Source: Deltaproteobacteria bacterium (GTDB taxonomy: Bacteria; JAMCPX01). Taken from it: DNA of 64,000 bases. The stretch is from the NCBI GenBank assembly GCA_023381995.1, contig JAMCVD010000084.1, positions 1,010-65,009 of the forward strand, given 5' to 3'. Within the stretch, counting starts at the first letter, position 1, and each line of letters starts with the position of its first letter. The notes beneath the pieces are model-generated. The model worked only from the letters and a program-made list of their open reading frames with translations, was not told the origin of the DNA and did not search any database. Shown here piece after piece: positions 55,394 through 64,000 of this stretch. A program made the translations under genes and the position numbers.

Positions 55394-55822
55394 CTATTTT
55401 TTCTGCCCGGCCGGCCTGAACTGGTGGACGACGCTCCCGTCGTCGAGCTCCAGGAACTCCAGCTCGACACGCATGTCTATCACGAGCTGCTCGAAGTTGC
55501 CTTTTATCTTCGTCGTGATCCTGCCCACGCCCTCCAGCTCGACGAGCCCTATGACATCGGGCGCAGAAAACCTGAACGCCTTCTCCTGCTGGGTAAAGGC
55601 GTACAGCGTCCCGGTCCTGGGCAAGTCGACCCATTCGAGCTTGCCGGAATGGCACTCCGGACAGACCGGCCTCGGCGGGAACATGACCTTCCCGCACCGG
55701 GTGCATCTCAGGGAAACGAACTCCTTTTGCTTCAGCCGCCTGAAGAACTCATCGTTCTGGGCGTCCCCATAGTACGATACGGCCTTCCGGGTGTATGTCC
55801 TTATGGCTTCCTGTATATCCAT
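55394..55822 (-). CDS. DUF35 protein (Zn ribbon + OB fold)
   Basis: The start is at the ATG ending 55822 (MDIQEAIRTY...). It has the Zn ribbon CTRCGKVMFPPRPVCPECHS, then an OB fold. It lies directly downstream of the thiolase gene, with a 2-nt gap. Confidence 0.7.
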   Translation of the reverse strand: MDIQEAIRTYTRKAVSYYGDAQNDEFFRRLKQKEFVSLRCTRCGKVMFPPRPVCPECHSGKLEWVDLPRTGTLYAFTQQEKAFRFSAPDVIGLVELEGVGRITTKIKGNFEQLVIDMRVELEFLELDDGSVVHQFRPAGQKK

Positions 55823-55824
55823 AC

Positions 55825-56994
55825 TCAGTGCCTCTCCATAATTATCACGATACCGCCGTTGAGCATACCGTGCTCCGCGTGTACCAGCCCGAGACGCGGC
55901 GCCTTTACCTGTCTTTCCCCGGCCTCGCCGCGGAGCTGCCACAGGACCTCTGCAAGCTCGAACAGGGGCGTGGCGCCGGCAGGGTGCCCCAGGGACAGCC
56001 TGCCGCCGCTCGGGTTGATGGGTATCCTGCCGTCTGTCCCCGTCTCGCCGTCCCTGACGTGACGTGCGGCCGTGCCCTTTTCGAAAAACCCCAGGTCTTC
56101 GTATATCATCAGTTCCGTGTAGGTGAACACGTCGTATACCTCTGCCACGTCGATATCGTCAGGCTTTACGCCGGCCGCCCCGTACGCCTCGGCCGACGCC
56201 CTCCGGGCGCTTTCGAAGGTCGTTATAGACGCCCGCACCGGGATAAAATTCGAGGCATGATGGAATTCGCCGAAGCCCTTGATGTCCACGATGGGCTTGG
56301 TCCCCCTGACGTCCTCCGCCGCGAGCACGCACGCCGCTGCGCCTGTGGAGAAGGTGGAGCAGTCGAGCAAACGCAGCGGCGGAGAGATCATCCTGGAAGA
56401 CAGCACCTCGTCCACGGTAATGGGCTTCCTGAACTGGGCGTTTGGGTTCTTGCAGGCATTTCCCCTGAGGAGCACCGCGAGCTGCGCGGCATCCCGGGGG
56501 GTAACGCCGTACTCGTGCATGTACCGCTGGGAGCTCATCGCATAGAAGGGCACGGGCGTCCCGATGCCGTACCGCGCGAAATGCACCCCGTACAGGGCGT
56601 GCTGGGTGAAGATCGACTCCGGCAGCCCGTACTCGAAATCTTCGAACGGATCGAACTTCACATCGAGCCCGATCGCGACATTGATCCTGTTCCTGCCCGT
56701 CAGTACCTCGTCCATCGCATAGTGGAACGCGCTCGTCGACGAAGTGCCACCGCACTCCTCCATGGACAGGCTCTTGAGGTTCAGGCCCAGGTAGTCCGCC
56801 ATGTTGCACGCGAGCATCGCGGACGACATGCCCGCAAAGCCCAGGGGCGTTATAAAGAGCCCTTCTACCTCTTCCGGTCCCACGCCGGCGTCTTCGACTG
56901 CCCTGAGAAAGACGTCCATGATCATCTCCCTGACCGTTGTCGTAAGGGAGGCCCGCACCGGTGTTACGGCAGCACCGAGGACGTTCACCTTCAT
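55825..56994 (-). CDS. SCP-x-type thiolase (nucleophile Cys present)
   Basis: The start is at the ATG ending 56994 (MKVNVLGAAV...), which overlaps the ACAD stop in an ATGA arrangement. SMEECGGTSSTSAFHYAMDEVLTG aligns to the thiolase Cys motif (NRLCGSS...). The C-terminal GHPAGATP His motif is present. Confidence 0.8.
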   Translation of the reverse strand: MKVNVLGAAVTPVRASLTTTVREMIMDVFLRAVEDAGVGPEEVEGLFITPLGFAGMSSAMLACNMADYLGLNLKSLSMEECGGTSSTSAFHYAMDEVLTGRNRINVAIGLDVKFDPFEDFEYGLPESIFTQHALYGVHFARYGIGTPVPFYAMSSQRYMHEYGVTPRDAAQLAVLLRGNACKNPNAQFRKPITVDEVLSSRMISPPLRLLDCSTFSTGAAACVLAAEDVRGTKPIVDIKGFGEFHHASNFIPVRASITTFESARRASAEAYGAAGVKPDDIDVAEVYDVFTYTELMIYEDLGFFEKGTAARHVRDGETGTDGRIPINPSGGRLSLGHPAGATPLFELAEVLWQLRGEAGERQVKAPRLGLVHAEHGMLNGGIVIIMERH

Positions 56995-58214
56995 ATGAGC
57001 CTGGACCCGTCCAGCTTGTCTTCCGGCGTGAACATCGGGTTGAAGTAAAACTGATCCTCCATCATGATCGAGCGGGCCATGATAAGGAGCTGGACCTCCG
57101 TCGTGCCCGCGCCGATCTCCAGGAGCTTCGCATCCCGCATGAACCTCTCCACCTCGTACTCCTTCATGTATCCGTAGCCCCCGTGTATCTGTATCGCATC
57201 GAGACATACCCTGACTGCCTCTTCGGAGGTATACACCTTTGCCGCGCTCGCGATGGCCGTTATGTCCTTGCCCGCCTTGTACATCTGTGCGAGCAGGAAG
57301 AGTATGGCGTAGCTGTGCTGGAGCGCGAGATACATCCTCGCTATCTTGAACTGGATGCCCTCGAAGAAGATGATGTTTTGTCCGAACTGCACGCGCTGCT
57401 TCGCGTATTTGACCGAGTCATCGAGGACACGCTCCATGATGCCGATCGCCATGGAAGGGAGCGTCGTCCTCTCTATCCTGAGCGTCGACATGAGTTCGTA
57501 GAACGCCCTGTGCTCGGTGCCCACGATGTTCTTGAGCGGGACCTTTACCTCGTCCATGTATATCTCGCCGGTCGGCGAGCCCCTGAGGCCCATCTTGTTC
57601 AGGGGCTTGCTCGTCTCGAGCCCGGGCATGCCCCTCTCGAGTATGAACGCGGTTATGCCTTTGTGTCCCTGCGCCTGTGGGTTGGAGCGGGCGTACACGA
57701 TGAATATGTCGGCGTCCGGCGCGTTTGTTATAAAGGTCTTCGTCCCGCTGAGGAGATAGTGGTCGCCGCTCTTTACCGCCTTTGTCTTCAGCCCCATCAC
57801 GTCGCTGCCTGCCTCCGGCTCCGTAAGCCCGAAACAACCCACCTTCTCGCCCCTGAAGAGCGGCAGGGCATACGACGCCTTCTGCTCCTCGGTCCCCTTC
57901 GAAAGGATCGTCGCGCCGCACAGCTCCAGGCTCGCCCCTATTGCCATGACGATGGCGGGCGCCGCCTTCGCAAGCTCGATAGTGATCAGGCTTGCGTTGA
58001 GGATGTCCCTGTCCTCGGAGATCTTCTCGAGCTCCTCGACACTCTGTATGCTGTCTCCTCCGAACAGCTCCCTCACCGCCCTTTTGGCTATGTCGAAAGG
58101 CTTGAGCTCCTCCATGTCCAACTGCGCCGCCACAGGCTTGATGTTCTTCTGGGCAAACCTGCGTGCATTCTCCGCCACGATCCTGTACTGTTCTTCAAAT
58201 AGATTGTCCATCAT
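56991..58214 (-). CDS. Acyl-CoA dehydrogenase
   Basis: The start is at the ATG ending 58214 or 58211 (MMDNLFEEQY...). It has the ACAD three-domain architecture and a C-terminal YEG/IYEG-like region (IGAGTTEVQLLIMARSIM). No SD is visible; see the leaderless promoter. Confidence 0.85.
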   Translation of the reverse strand: MMDNLFEEQYRIVAENARRFAQKNIKPVAAQLDMEELKPFDIAKRAVRELFGGDSIQSVEELEKISEDRDILNASLITIELAKAAPAIVMAIGASLELCGATILSKGTEEQKASYALPLFRGEKVGCFGLTEPEAGSDVMGLKTKAVKSGDHYLLSGTKTFITNAPDADIFIVYARSNPQAQGHKGITAFILERGMPGLETSKPLNKMGLRGSPTGEIYMDEVKVPLKNIVGTEHRAFYELMSTLRIERTTLPSMAIGIMERVLDDSVKYAKQRVQFGQNIIFFEGIQFKIARMYLALQHSYAILFLLAQMYKAGKDITAIASAAKVYTSEEAVRVCLDAIQIHGGYGYMKEYEVERFMRDAKLLEIGAGTTEVQLLIMARSIMMEDQFYFNPMFTPEDKLDGSRLI

Positions 58215-58223
58215 AATGGGGGA

Positions 58224-58252
58224 ATAATAGATGTGCTTGACAAAAATGTCAA
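58224..58252 (-). promoter_or_regulatory. Candidate sigma70-type promoter for the ACAD operon (-35 TTGACA, 17-nt spacer, -10 TATTAT), near-leaderless
   Basis: On the minus strand, TTGACA (complement of 58247-58252) is followed by a 17-nt spacer and TATTAT (complement of 58224-58229). The -10 ends 9 nt before the ATG. Confidence 0.4.
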
Positions 58253-58266
58253 CAATTTTGTATAAA
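58237..58266 (+). promoter_or_regulatory. Candidate sigma70-type promoter for the PaaK-like ligase gene (-35 TTGACA, 18-nt spacer, -10 TATAAA)
   Basis: TTGACA is at 58237-58242 and TATAAA at 58261-58266. AGGAGG then precedes the ATG at 58296. The -35 forms a palindrome TTGACA-AAAA-TGTCAA with the opposing promoter. Confidence 0.45.
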
Positions 58267-58295
58267 AACTTTTGCCCGGCTAAAAAGGAGGAGGC

Positions 58296-59840
58296 ATGAA
58301 CCAATATTTTAAACTGTCCCCGGACAGGCAGAGAGAGGAAAGCTTCAAAAGGCTGATGGCGTACATCCGAGAGTACGTGTACCCGTACCATCCGTACCTG
58401 AGAGGGGCGTACAGGGGTCTCGGTATCGATGTGGGAAAGATAAAGTCCTACGACGACTTCTCGAAGCTGCCGTTCATCACAAAGAAAGAATACAGGAAGG
58501 ACCCGCGGGCGTTCATACTGCAGCCCAAGTTCCCCACGCAGGAGTCACTCATACCGTACGACACCGCAATGATAAACAAGGGGCTGCTCCTCAAGTACGC
58601 CCTGCAGGCAGGCCTGAACCTCCCGAGGGACAGGGTCAACGAATTCAAGGACATGGGCTTCAAAGAAAAGGTCACGAGGAGGATAGTGCACGAATGGTTC
58701 CCGATACACTTCCACGCGAGCGCCGGCTCTACCGGGGACCCCACGCCCGCCGTGTACACGTACAGGGACATCAAGAAGGTATTGCCGGAGATGGCGAACA
58801 TCGTATGGATCGAGCCCAAGGACATCCCGGAGGGCTCTCCGCGTGCCGCGTTCAACAAGATAAACTTCAACACCTTCCCGGGCGCCCCGCACCTCGCGTT
58901 TTTCCAGGCCGTCCTGACGAAGCTGTTCGTCGGCGCATCGAGCTTCGATTCCTTCGGCGGGAAGGTGATCCCCACGGACCAGCAGATCCGCATCTTTGCC
59001 TCCGGGAAATTCAACGCCATCACGTCCGTCCCCTCTTACTTCGTCTACTGGCTGAGGAAGGCCGTGGAGATGAGAGAGAAGGGGGAGATAGGCGACATGC
59101 CGTTTTTCGAGGGTGCGCTGCTCGGGGCGGAGGGCGTGACCCCGGAGCTGAAGGCGTACCTGCTCTCGCTCACAAAGAAGATCGGCGCACACCCCAAATT
59201 CAGGATCATCGCCTCCTACGGATCTACGGAGCTCAAGTGGGCGTTCATAGAGCCGGACTACGACTGCGGTATACACCTCGACCCGCGGTTCTACTTCTGG
59301 GAGCTGCTGGACCCGGAGACGAAGAAGCCTGTCAAACAGGGAGATCCGGGCATCCTCGTGTTCAGCCACATAGGCTGGCGGGGCACGGTATTCGTCAGAT
59401 ACTGGACCGGCGACCTCATCAAGGGAGGGCTGTTCTATGACCGGTGCCCAAGGTGCGGATTTACCCTGCCCAGGCTGTACGCGCCCATCGTACGGTACGA
59501 CAAGGACTTCACCAAGATCAAGGGCACGAAGGTGCTCATCCCGGACCTCGTCACAGCGGTCAGGGACACGAAAGGCGTATCGAGCTTTCAGATCATCATA
59601 GACAAAAAAGTCCCGGACGACCCGTTCTCCATGGACGTCATAAAGATCAGGGTAAGTGCCGACAGGTCGATGAGCGAGGGGGCGATAAAGGAGTCACTCA
59701 GCCACAGGATAAAGGCGTTCATAGAACTCACCGCGGACGAGATCATCTTCGAGAAGGACGAAAAGGCCATTGAGACCGAGCTCTTCGCCAAGACAGGCAT
59801 CAAAGCGGAGTACGTGATAGACAGGAGACAGGAACACTAA
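58296..59840 (+). CDS. Phenylacetate-CoA ligase-like adenylate-forming enzyme (PaaK / coenzyme F390 synthetase family)
   Basis: 514 aa with a PaaK-family N-terminus (YREYVYPYHPYLRGAYRGLGID...FSKLPFITKKEYRKDP). An AMP-binding core and a C-terminal lid are present. Confidence 0.7.
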   Translation: MNQYFKLSPDRQREESFKRLMAYIREYVYPYHPYLRGAYRGLGIDVGKIKSYDDFSKLPFITKKEYRKDPRAFILQPKFPTQESLIPYDTAMINKGLLLKYALQAGLNLPRDRVNEFKDMGFKEKVTRRIVHEWFPIHFHASAGSTGDPTPAVYTYRDIKKVLPEMANIVWIEPKDIPEGSPRAAFNKINFNTFPGAPHLAFFQAVLTKLFVGASSFDSFGGKVIPTDQQIRIFASGKFNAITSVPSYFVYWLRKAVEMREKGEIGDMPFFEGALLGAEGVTPELKAYLLSLTKKIGAHPKFRIIASYGSTELKWAFIEPDYDCGIHLDPRFYFWELLDPETKKPVKQGDPGILVFSHIGWRGTVFVRYWTGDLIKGGLFYDRCPRCGFTLPRLYAPIVRYDKDFTKIKGTKVLIPDLVTAVRDTKGVSSFQIIIDKKVPDDPFSMDVIKIRVSADRSMSEGAIKESLSHRIKAFIELTADEIIFEKDEKAIETELFAKTGIKAEYVIDRRQEH

Positions 59841-59850
59841 GCTGGCACGG

Positions 59851-60624
59851 TCAAACCATCACCCCGCCACCGTCGACGACCAGGGTCTGGCCGGTAACGT
59901 ACGCAGATGCGTCCGACGCGAGGAACAGCGCCGCACCGACGATGTCATCGGGCTCGCCGAGCCTTTTTATCGATATGCCGCGCAGTATCTCCTCTTCGAG
60001 TTCCGGGCTACTGTAGAGCGCCGCAGCGAACCTGGTCTTTATGACGCCCGGCGCAATCGCGTTTACCCTGATATTCAGGCCCGTCCATTCCTGCGCAAGC
60101 ACCCTCGTCAGCATGATGACGCCTGCCTTGCTTATGCTGTAGGCGCCGAGCCCTATGCCTGGCTTGATCCCTGCGACGGATGCCATATTTATGATCACGC
60201 CCCCGCCCCTGTCCGACATGACAGAGGAAACCTCCTTGCTCAGGAAGAAGAAGCCGCGGAGGTTTACCTCGAAGATCTTGTCCCATGCCTTCTCGTCGAC
60301 GCCGATGATGGGCCCGAACACGGGGTTCGTGCCTGCGTTGTTTACAAGGACATCGATGCGGCCGTATCTATCTACCGCCCTGTCGACGAGCGATTTGATG
60401 TCCTCCGTCCTGCCCGCGTGTGCGGTCACAGCATATGCGTCCCCGCCCGAGGCCTTTATCCTGTCCGCGGCCTGCTCGAGGTCTTCCTGCTTTCTGCTCG
60501 ACAAAACGACTCTGGCCCCAGCGTCGGCAAATGCCCTTGCAATCGCCTCGCCGATACCCCTGCTTGCACCCGTTACCAGCGCCGTCTTGCCGTCGAGCCT
60601 GAACCTGTCCGTTATCCTGCCCAT
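59851..60624 (-). CDS. SDR-family oxidoreductase (3-oxoacyl-ACP reductase-like)
   Basis: 257 aa with the TGASRGIG cofactor motif, NNAG, and a catalytic YxxxK (YSISKAG). Confidence 0.85.
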   Translation of the reverse strand: MGRITDRFRLDGKTALVTGASRGIGEAIARAFADAGARVVLSSRKQEDLEQAADRIKASGGDAYAVTAHAGRTEDIKSLVDRAVDRYGRIDVLVNNAGTNPVFGPIIGVDEKAWDKIFEVNLRGFFFLSKEVSSVMSDRGGGVIINMASVAGIKPGIGLGAYSISKAGVIMLTRVLAQEWTGLNIRVNAIAPGVIKTRFAAALYSSPELEEEILRGISIKRLGEPDDIVGAALFLASDASAYVTGQTLVVDGGGVMV

Positions 60625-60681
60625 TTTTGAACCTCCGGGAGAGAGATATAAACGCTCACAGCAAAAAACGCAACGAATATA

Positions 60682-62940
60682 TCAGTGCCGCCAGAAGAAC
60701 AGGCGCCTGAACCAGTCTATGATGTTATTTACAGCACCGGCCCGGGGCTCGGTCCCGGCTATGAAGGCGCCCTCCACGCAGTCCGTGACGCCCTGACCCG
60801 AGACGCCGGTGTACCTGTCGACACAGGCAAACCGTATACCGGGCGGTATGTCGAACCTTTCCCCTCCGTACCTGCCCGTGTACATCTCGAGGAACCTGCC
60901 TACGACAGGCAGCGCTATCCGTGCGGCCGGGACGCCTATCCTTGCCTCGTTATCATAGCCGAACCAGTCCACGGCGGTAACAGCGGGCGTGTATCCGGCA
61001 AACCACGCGTCCCTGAAGTCGTTCGTCGTGCCGGTCTTCCCGGCATACTCCCCCTGTATCCTGAATGAACGCAGTCCCTTTCCCGTGCCTTCGGTCTCGG
61101 GGCCGGAAAGCACGTTGCTGACGATGTAACAGCCCTGCTCGCTGCCCACAGGCTTGAACCCCAGCTCCGCCCTGTAGACCGTACCGTTGTGCATGTCCGT
61201 AATGGCCGTCATGCTCACAGGGACTACTGGCTCATACCCGTTATTGGAAAATATCGTATACGCCCTGCACAAATCGATCGGGGACGTCGATACGCTCCCA
61301 AGGGCGATGGACGGGAGCACAGGGACGTCCCTGTCGAGTCCGAGCTGCTCGAGCAGTCCGGAGAGGTCCTTCAGTCCCACATCCATAGCTACCTTTACAG
61401 CGGGTATGTTGATCGAATTCTGCAGCGCGTAGCGGATGGTTATACGCCCCCTGAACCGTCTGTCGTAGTTCTGGGGCTCCCACTCGCCGGCACCCGTGTT
61501 TATCTTGATTCGGGCGTCGTCTATCGTCGTAATCTGAGAGAAGCCCTTCTGTGCCCTGCCTTCGAACGCGGCCATATAGATGAACGGCTTCACGCATGAA
61601 CCGATCTGCCTTCGCGACATGACGGCCCTGTCGAACTGGCTCTTGTTATAGTCCCTTCCGCCGAGCAGCGCGAGCACATACCCTGTCTGCGGCTGCATGA
61701 CGACCATGGCGCCTTCGGGCCCGGCAGGGGCGCCCGCCATGGCCGTCTCTGCCATACGCTGAACGTCCGTATCGAGGGTCGTAAAGATCCTCAGCCCATT
61801 CGTAGTCAAGAGCGCCTTCGAGAAGCTCGAGGAGAGCTGGTCCGCTATATAGTCCACGAAGTACGGCGCAACCTTCACATGTATGTGCGATACCTCGACG
61901 GTGAGCGGCTCCTTCAGCGCAGTCAGATACTCGTCATTCGATATTACGCCATACCTCAACATCCTCGAAAGCACATAGTCCCTCCTCTTCAGGGCCTCGT
62001 CCGTACCGGAGACCGGCGAATACCTGTTCGGCGATGCGATCATGCCGGCAAGCTGCGCACACTGGGAGAGCGAGAGCCGTCCGAGCGGCCTCGAGAAATA
62101 GTATGCCGCCGCAGCACCCATGCCGACAATGCTTACATGCCCGTCCTGGCCCAGATACACATCGTTCAGGTATGCGTTGAGTATCTGCGCCTTCGTGAAC
62201 CTGTGGGCGATCATTATCGCCATGATCGCCTCTACAAGTTTCCTCCTGAGCGAGCGCTCGTTGCTGAGAAAGAGTATCTTGACGAGCTGCTGCGTGATCG
62301 TACTGCCGCCCTGTCGTATACTCATGGAGGCGACGTCGGCCACCAGTGCCCTTGCTATGCCGCTGACATCTATTGCCCCGTGCTCGAAGAACCGTACGTC
62401 CTCCGTAACCAGGACCGCGTTTATGAGGTTGTCGGGAATAGAGGTAAGGCCCACCGGCGTCCTCATTTTAAAGTCGTCGCCAAAGAATACAGCGAGCTGC
62501 TCCGGCTCGAGCTCTACGCTGCCCACGCCCTGTCCCTGAAACGTGGTAATCCCAGATACCCTGCCACCGTCCATACGGATGACCGCCTGCAGGGGCTGTA
62601 TCGTGTACGAGGGCATCTCGAACTTCTTGGTGTATAGGTACATGCTTCCCCCGATCATGGAATAATAGCCCTGCTTTGCCGGAACACCGTCCGTCTCGTG
62701 ATAGTCGAGCCTTTCAAGCTTGTCCTTAAGCCCTGCCGCGGAGAAGTCCATGCCCTCCCTGATATACGACGGTGCGGAGTATACGACAGACGGAGACGGA
62801 AAGCCGCGTGAGATGAATATATCCGTTATCCTCACATACAGGACATAGAGATACACCGAAAGGACCGCAGCCAGCATACCGGCTGCCATGAAGGAAACAA
62901 GGTAAAGCCGTCTCCTGGTTTTCTTCCTTATCGGGCGCAC
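60682..62940 (-). CDS. mrcA: Penicillin-binding protein 1A (bifunctional glycosyltransferase/transpeptidase)
   Basis: 752 aa. It has an N-terminal TM anchor, the GT51 motifs (EDVRFFEHGAIDVSGIARA; RQGGSTITQQL), and transpeptidase motifs (SCVKP, SIN, KTG). Confidence 0.85.
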   Translation of the reverse strand: MRPIRKKTRRRLYLVSFMAAGMLAAVLSVYLYVLYVRITDIFISRGFPSPSVVYSAPSYIREGMDFSAAGLKDKLERLDYHETDGVPAKQGYYSMIGGSMYLYTKKFEMPSYTIQPLQAVIRMDGGRVSGITTFQGQGVGSVELEPEQLAVFFGDDFKMRTPVGLTSIPDNLINAVLVTEDVRFFEHGAIDVSGIARALVADVASMSIRQGGSTITQQLVKILFLSNERSLRRKLVEAIMAIMIAHRFTKAQILNAYLNDVYLGQDGHVSIVGMGAAAAYYFSRPLGRLSLSQCAQLAGMIASPNRYSPVSGTDEALKRRDYVLSRMLRYGVISNDEYLTALKEPLTVEVSHIHVKVAPYFVDYIADQLSSSFSKALLTTNGLRIFTTLDTDVQRMAETAMAGAPAGPEGAMVVMQPQTGYVLALLGGRDYNKSQFDRAVMSRRQIGSCVKPFIYMAAFEGRAQKGFSQITTIDDARIKINTGAGEWEPQNYDRRFRGRITIRYALQNSINIPAVKVAMDVGLKDLSGLLEQLGLDRDVPVLPSIALGSVSTSPIDLCRAYTIFSNNGYEPVVPVSMTAITDMHNGTVYRAELGFKPVGSEQGCYIVSNVLSGPETEGTGKGLRSFRIQGEYAGKTGTTNDFRDAWFAGYTPAVTAVDWFGYDNEARIGVPAARIALPVVGRFLEMYTGRYGGERFDIPPGIRFACVDRYTGVSGQGVTDCVEGAFIAGTEPRAGAVNNIIDWFRRLFFWRH

Positions 62941-62971
62941 GCCTCGCTCTCCCTCCCCTGCGTTCCTCTGT

Positions 62972-63988
62972 CTATGCTCTGCCTCCCTGCGGCGGGAAAT
63001 GCGGTCCTCTCCCGTCCGGCCCCGGCTTCGTCTTGAACCTGTCGTGTACCCAGAACCATTGTGCCGGCGCCATGCGTATATGGGCCTCGAGTACCGAGGT
63101 AAAATGCTGTGTCCATTCTACTATTGCCCGCTCCTTATCGCCCCCGTCCTCGACAAAGATGGGCCTCTCATAGCGTATGACATACCCTTTCCCGTTCCGG
63201 CCCCTAACTATGTACCCGGGAACAACGGCTGCGCCTGTCTTCAAGGCCATCAGTGCCATCGCATACTGCGTTGCCGCCGGCCTGCCAAAAAATTTCACGA
63301 ACACCGCCTCATGCTTGAGCGTATTCTGATCCAGCAGCATCGCTATCGTCCTGCCCTGCTTCAGCGAGCGCATAAGCTTGAACACCGCGTTCCGCGGCCT
63401 CACGACGTCCATGCCCACCCCTCTGCGCAGGGCCTTTATGTACGCATTTATGTACGGATTGTGTATGTCCTTCGCCACGGCCACCATGCCGCCATGCTTT
63501 ATACTGTGTGCCGCGGCAGCGAATTCCCAGTTGCCGTGGTGGCCTGTCAGCAGGAACACGCCCTTCCCCCTTTTCAGCGCCTCCTCGTAGTACTCTTCGC
63601 ACTGAAACTCGAAGATGTCCTTTATATTCTCCGAATTAAACCTGGATATTCTGGGGAAGGCTATGAACGTCTCTATTATGTTTTTGTAGCTGTCCCTCAA
63701 AATGCCCTTCTTTTCATCGTCGCTCATTTCCGGGAATGCGTAGTCTATGTTCCTTCTTGCTACGCCTCTACGTTTCGTATCTATCCCGTACCATAAAAAC
63801 CCGGCAGCGGATGCAACGCGCCGTATAGCATTGTCGGAGAGCATGTTCAGGAAGAATACGACAGCACGCAGAAAGACATACTCCAGGAAGTATCTCGCCT
63901 TTTTTATCACTGGAGAAAGCCCTTCCTGCGAAGTACATCTTTCAAAGCGCTCCCCTGCTCCTGAAGGGATATGGCCGCGTACAGCCAC
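62972..63988 (-). CDS. Lipid A biosynthesis (Kdo2-lipid IVA) lauroyl/myristoyl acyltransferase family, LpxL/HtrB-like
   Basis: It has an N-terminal TM anchor (YFLEYVFLRAVVFFL) and FPEMSDDEKKGILRDSYKNI, which matches the E. coli LpxL FPEMSEQERRK region. The HX4E motif is present (TGHHGNWE). The start is uncertain: GTG at 63988 runs into the window edge, and GTG at 63910 follows GAAGGG. Confidence 0.7.
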   Translation of the reverse strand: MAVRGHIPSGAGERFERCTSQEGLSPVIKKARYFLEYVFLRAVVFFLNMLSDNAIRRVASAAGFLWYGIDTKRRGVARRNIDYAFPEMSDDEKKGILRDSYKNIIETFIAFPRISRFNSENIKDIFEFQCEEYYEEALKRGKGVFLLTGHHGNWEFAAAAHSIKHGGMVAVAKDIHNPYINAYIKALRRGVGMDVVRPRNAVFKLMRSLKQGRTIAMLLDQNTLKHEAVFVKFFGRPAATQYAMALMALKTGAAVVPGYIVRGRNGKGYVIRYERPIFVEDGGDKERAIVEWTQHFTSVLEAHIRMAPAQWFWVHDRFKTKPGPDGRGPHFPPQGGRA

Positions 63989-64000
63989 AGTGTGCCGCGG

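Noticed and set aside
55795-58202. Plus-strand ORFs 55795..57048 and 56961..58202, and minus-strand 58545..59369
   Set aside because: They are antisense to the thiolase, ACAD and PaaK-like genes, which have clear family motifs. Their translations are Arg-rich.
1-64000. CRISPR arrays, IS elements/transposases, phage integrases
   Set aside because: I saw no regularly spaced direct repeats, no transposase-like or phage-like ORFs, and no inverted terminal repeats. The only recombinase is the housekeeping-type XerD homologue, flanked by glnD.

Overview
This is a gene-dense chromosomal segment with visibly high GC content (estimated by eye, not computed). Because of the high GC, almost every real gene is shadowed by a long antisense ORF. 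The content points to a Gram-negative (diderm) anaerobe: an LpxL-type lipid A acyltransferase, PBP1A, MltD, an outer-membrane beta-barrel protein, PilT, anaerobic GlpAB, FadH, and many acyl-CoA genes. About 60 protein-coding genes are supported. I recognised no rRNA, tRNA, CRISPR array, transposase or prophage. Housekeeping genes include folD, a hss-odc polyamine operon, glnD, xerD, rpe, the tmk-holB-PSP1-metG operon, rpmB, alaS, pilT, recA, thpR, pgpA, mnmG, an mrp/apbC homologue, glpAB, efp, a PBP1A gene and an lpxL-like gene. The unusual content is as follows. (1) A minus-strand operon (9.7-15.4 kb) encodes a ~1230-aa secreted protein with a subtilisin-like (S8) domain, FG-GAP repeats and a C-terminal tail resembling a MYXO-CTERM sorting signal, followed by a PMT/ArnT-family GT-C glycosyltransferase and an orphan Dam-class DNA adenine methyltransferase. 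(2) There are two thiolase-like/DUF35 modules. One carries a split MaoC hydratase, an acyl-CoA dehydrogenase, an aldehyde dehydrogenase, a divergent PaaK-like CoA ligase and a palindromic back-to-back promoter. The other has a thiolase-like protein that appears to lack the nucleophile Cys and is co-transcribed with an orphan B12-binding mutase small subunit. (3) An EF-P homologue has Asn at the position of the modified Lys/Arg. (4) The glpAB operon ends in a truncated ferredoxin-only GlpC. (5) Two islets look AT-richer than their surroundings. One holds a K-channel-like 2-TM protein and a hypothetical hydrolase; the other holds an ankyrin-repeat protein and a secreted DUF3617-like protein. (6) A 38-aa highly basic ORF with a perfect Shine-Dalgarno sequence lies directly downstream of rpmB. 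(7) Several perfect palindromes or hairpins sit in intergenic regions. All domain and family calls are from reading the translations by eye; no database search was run.
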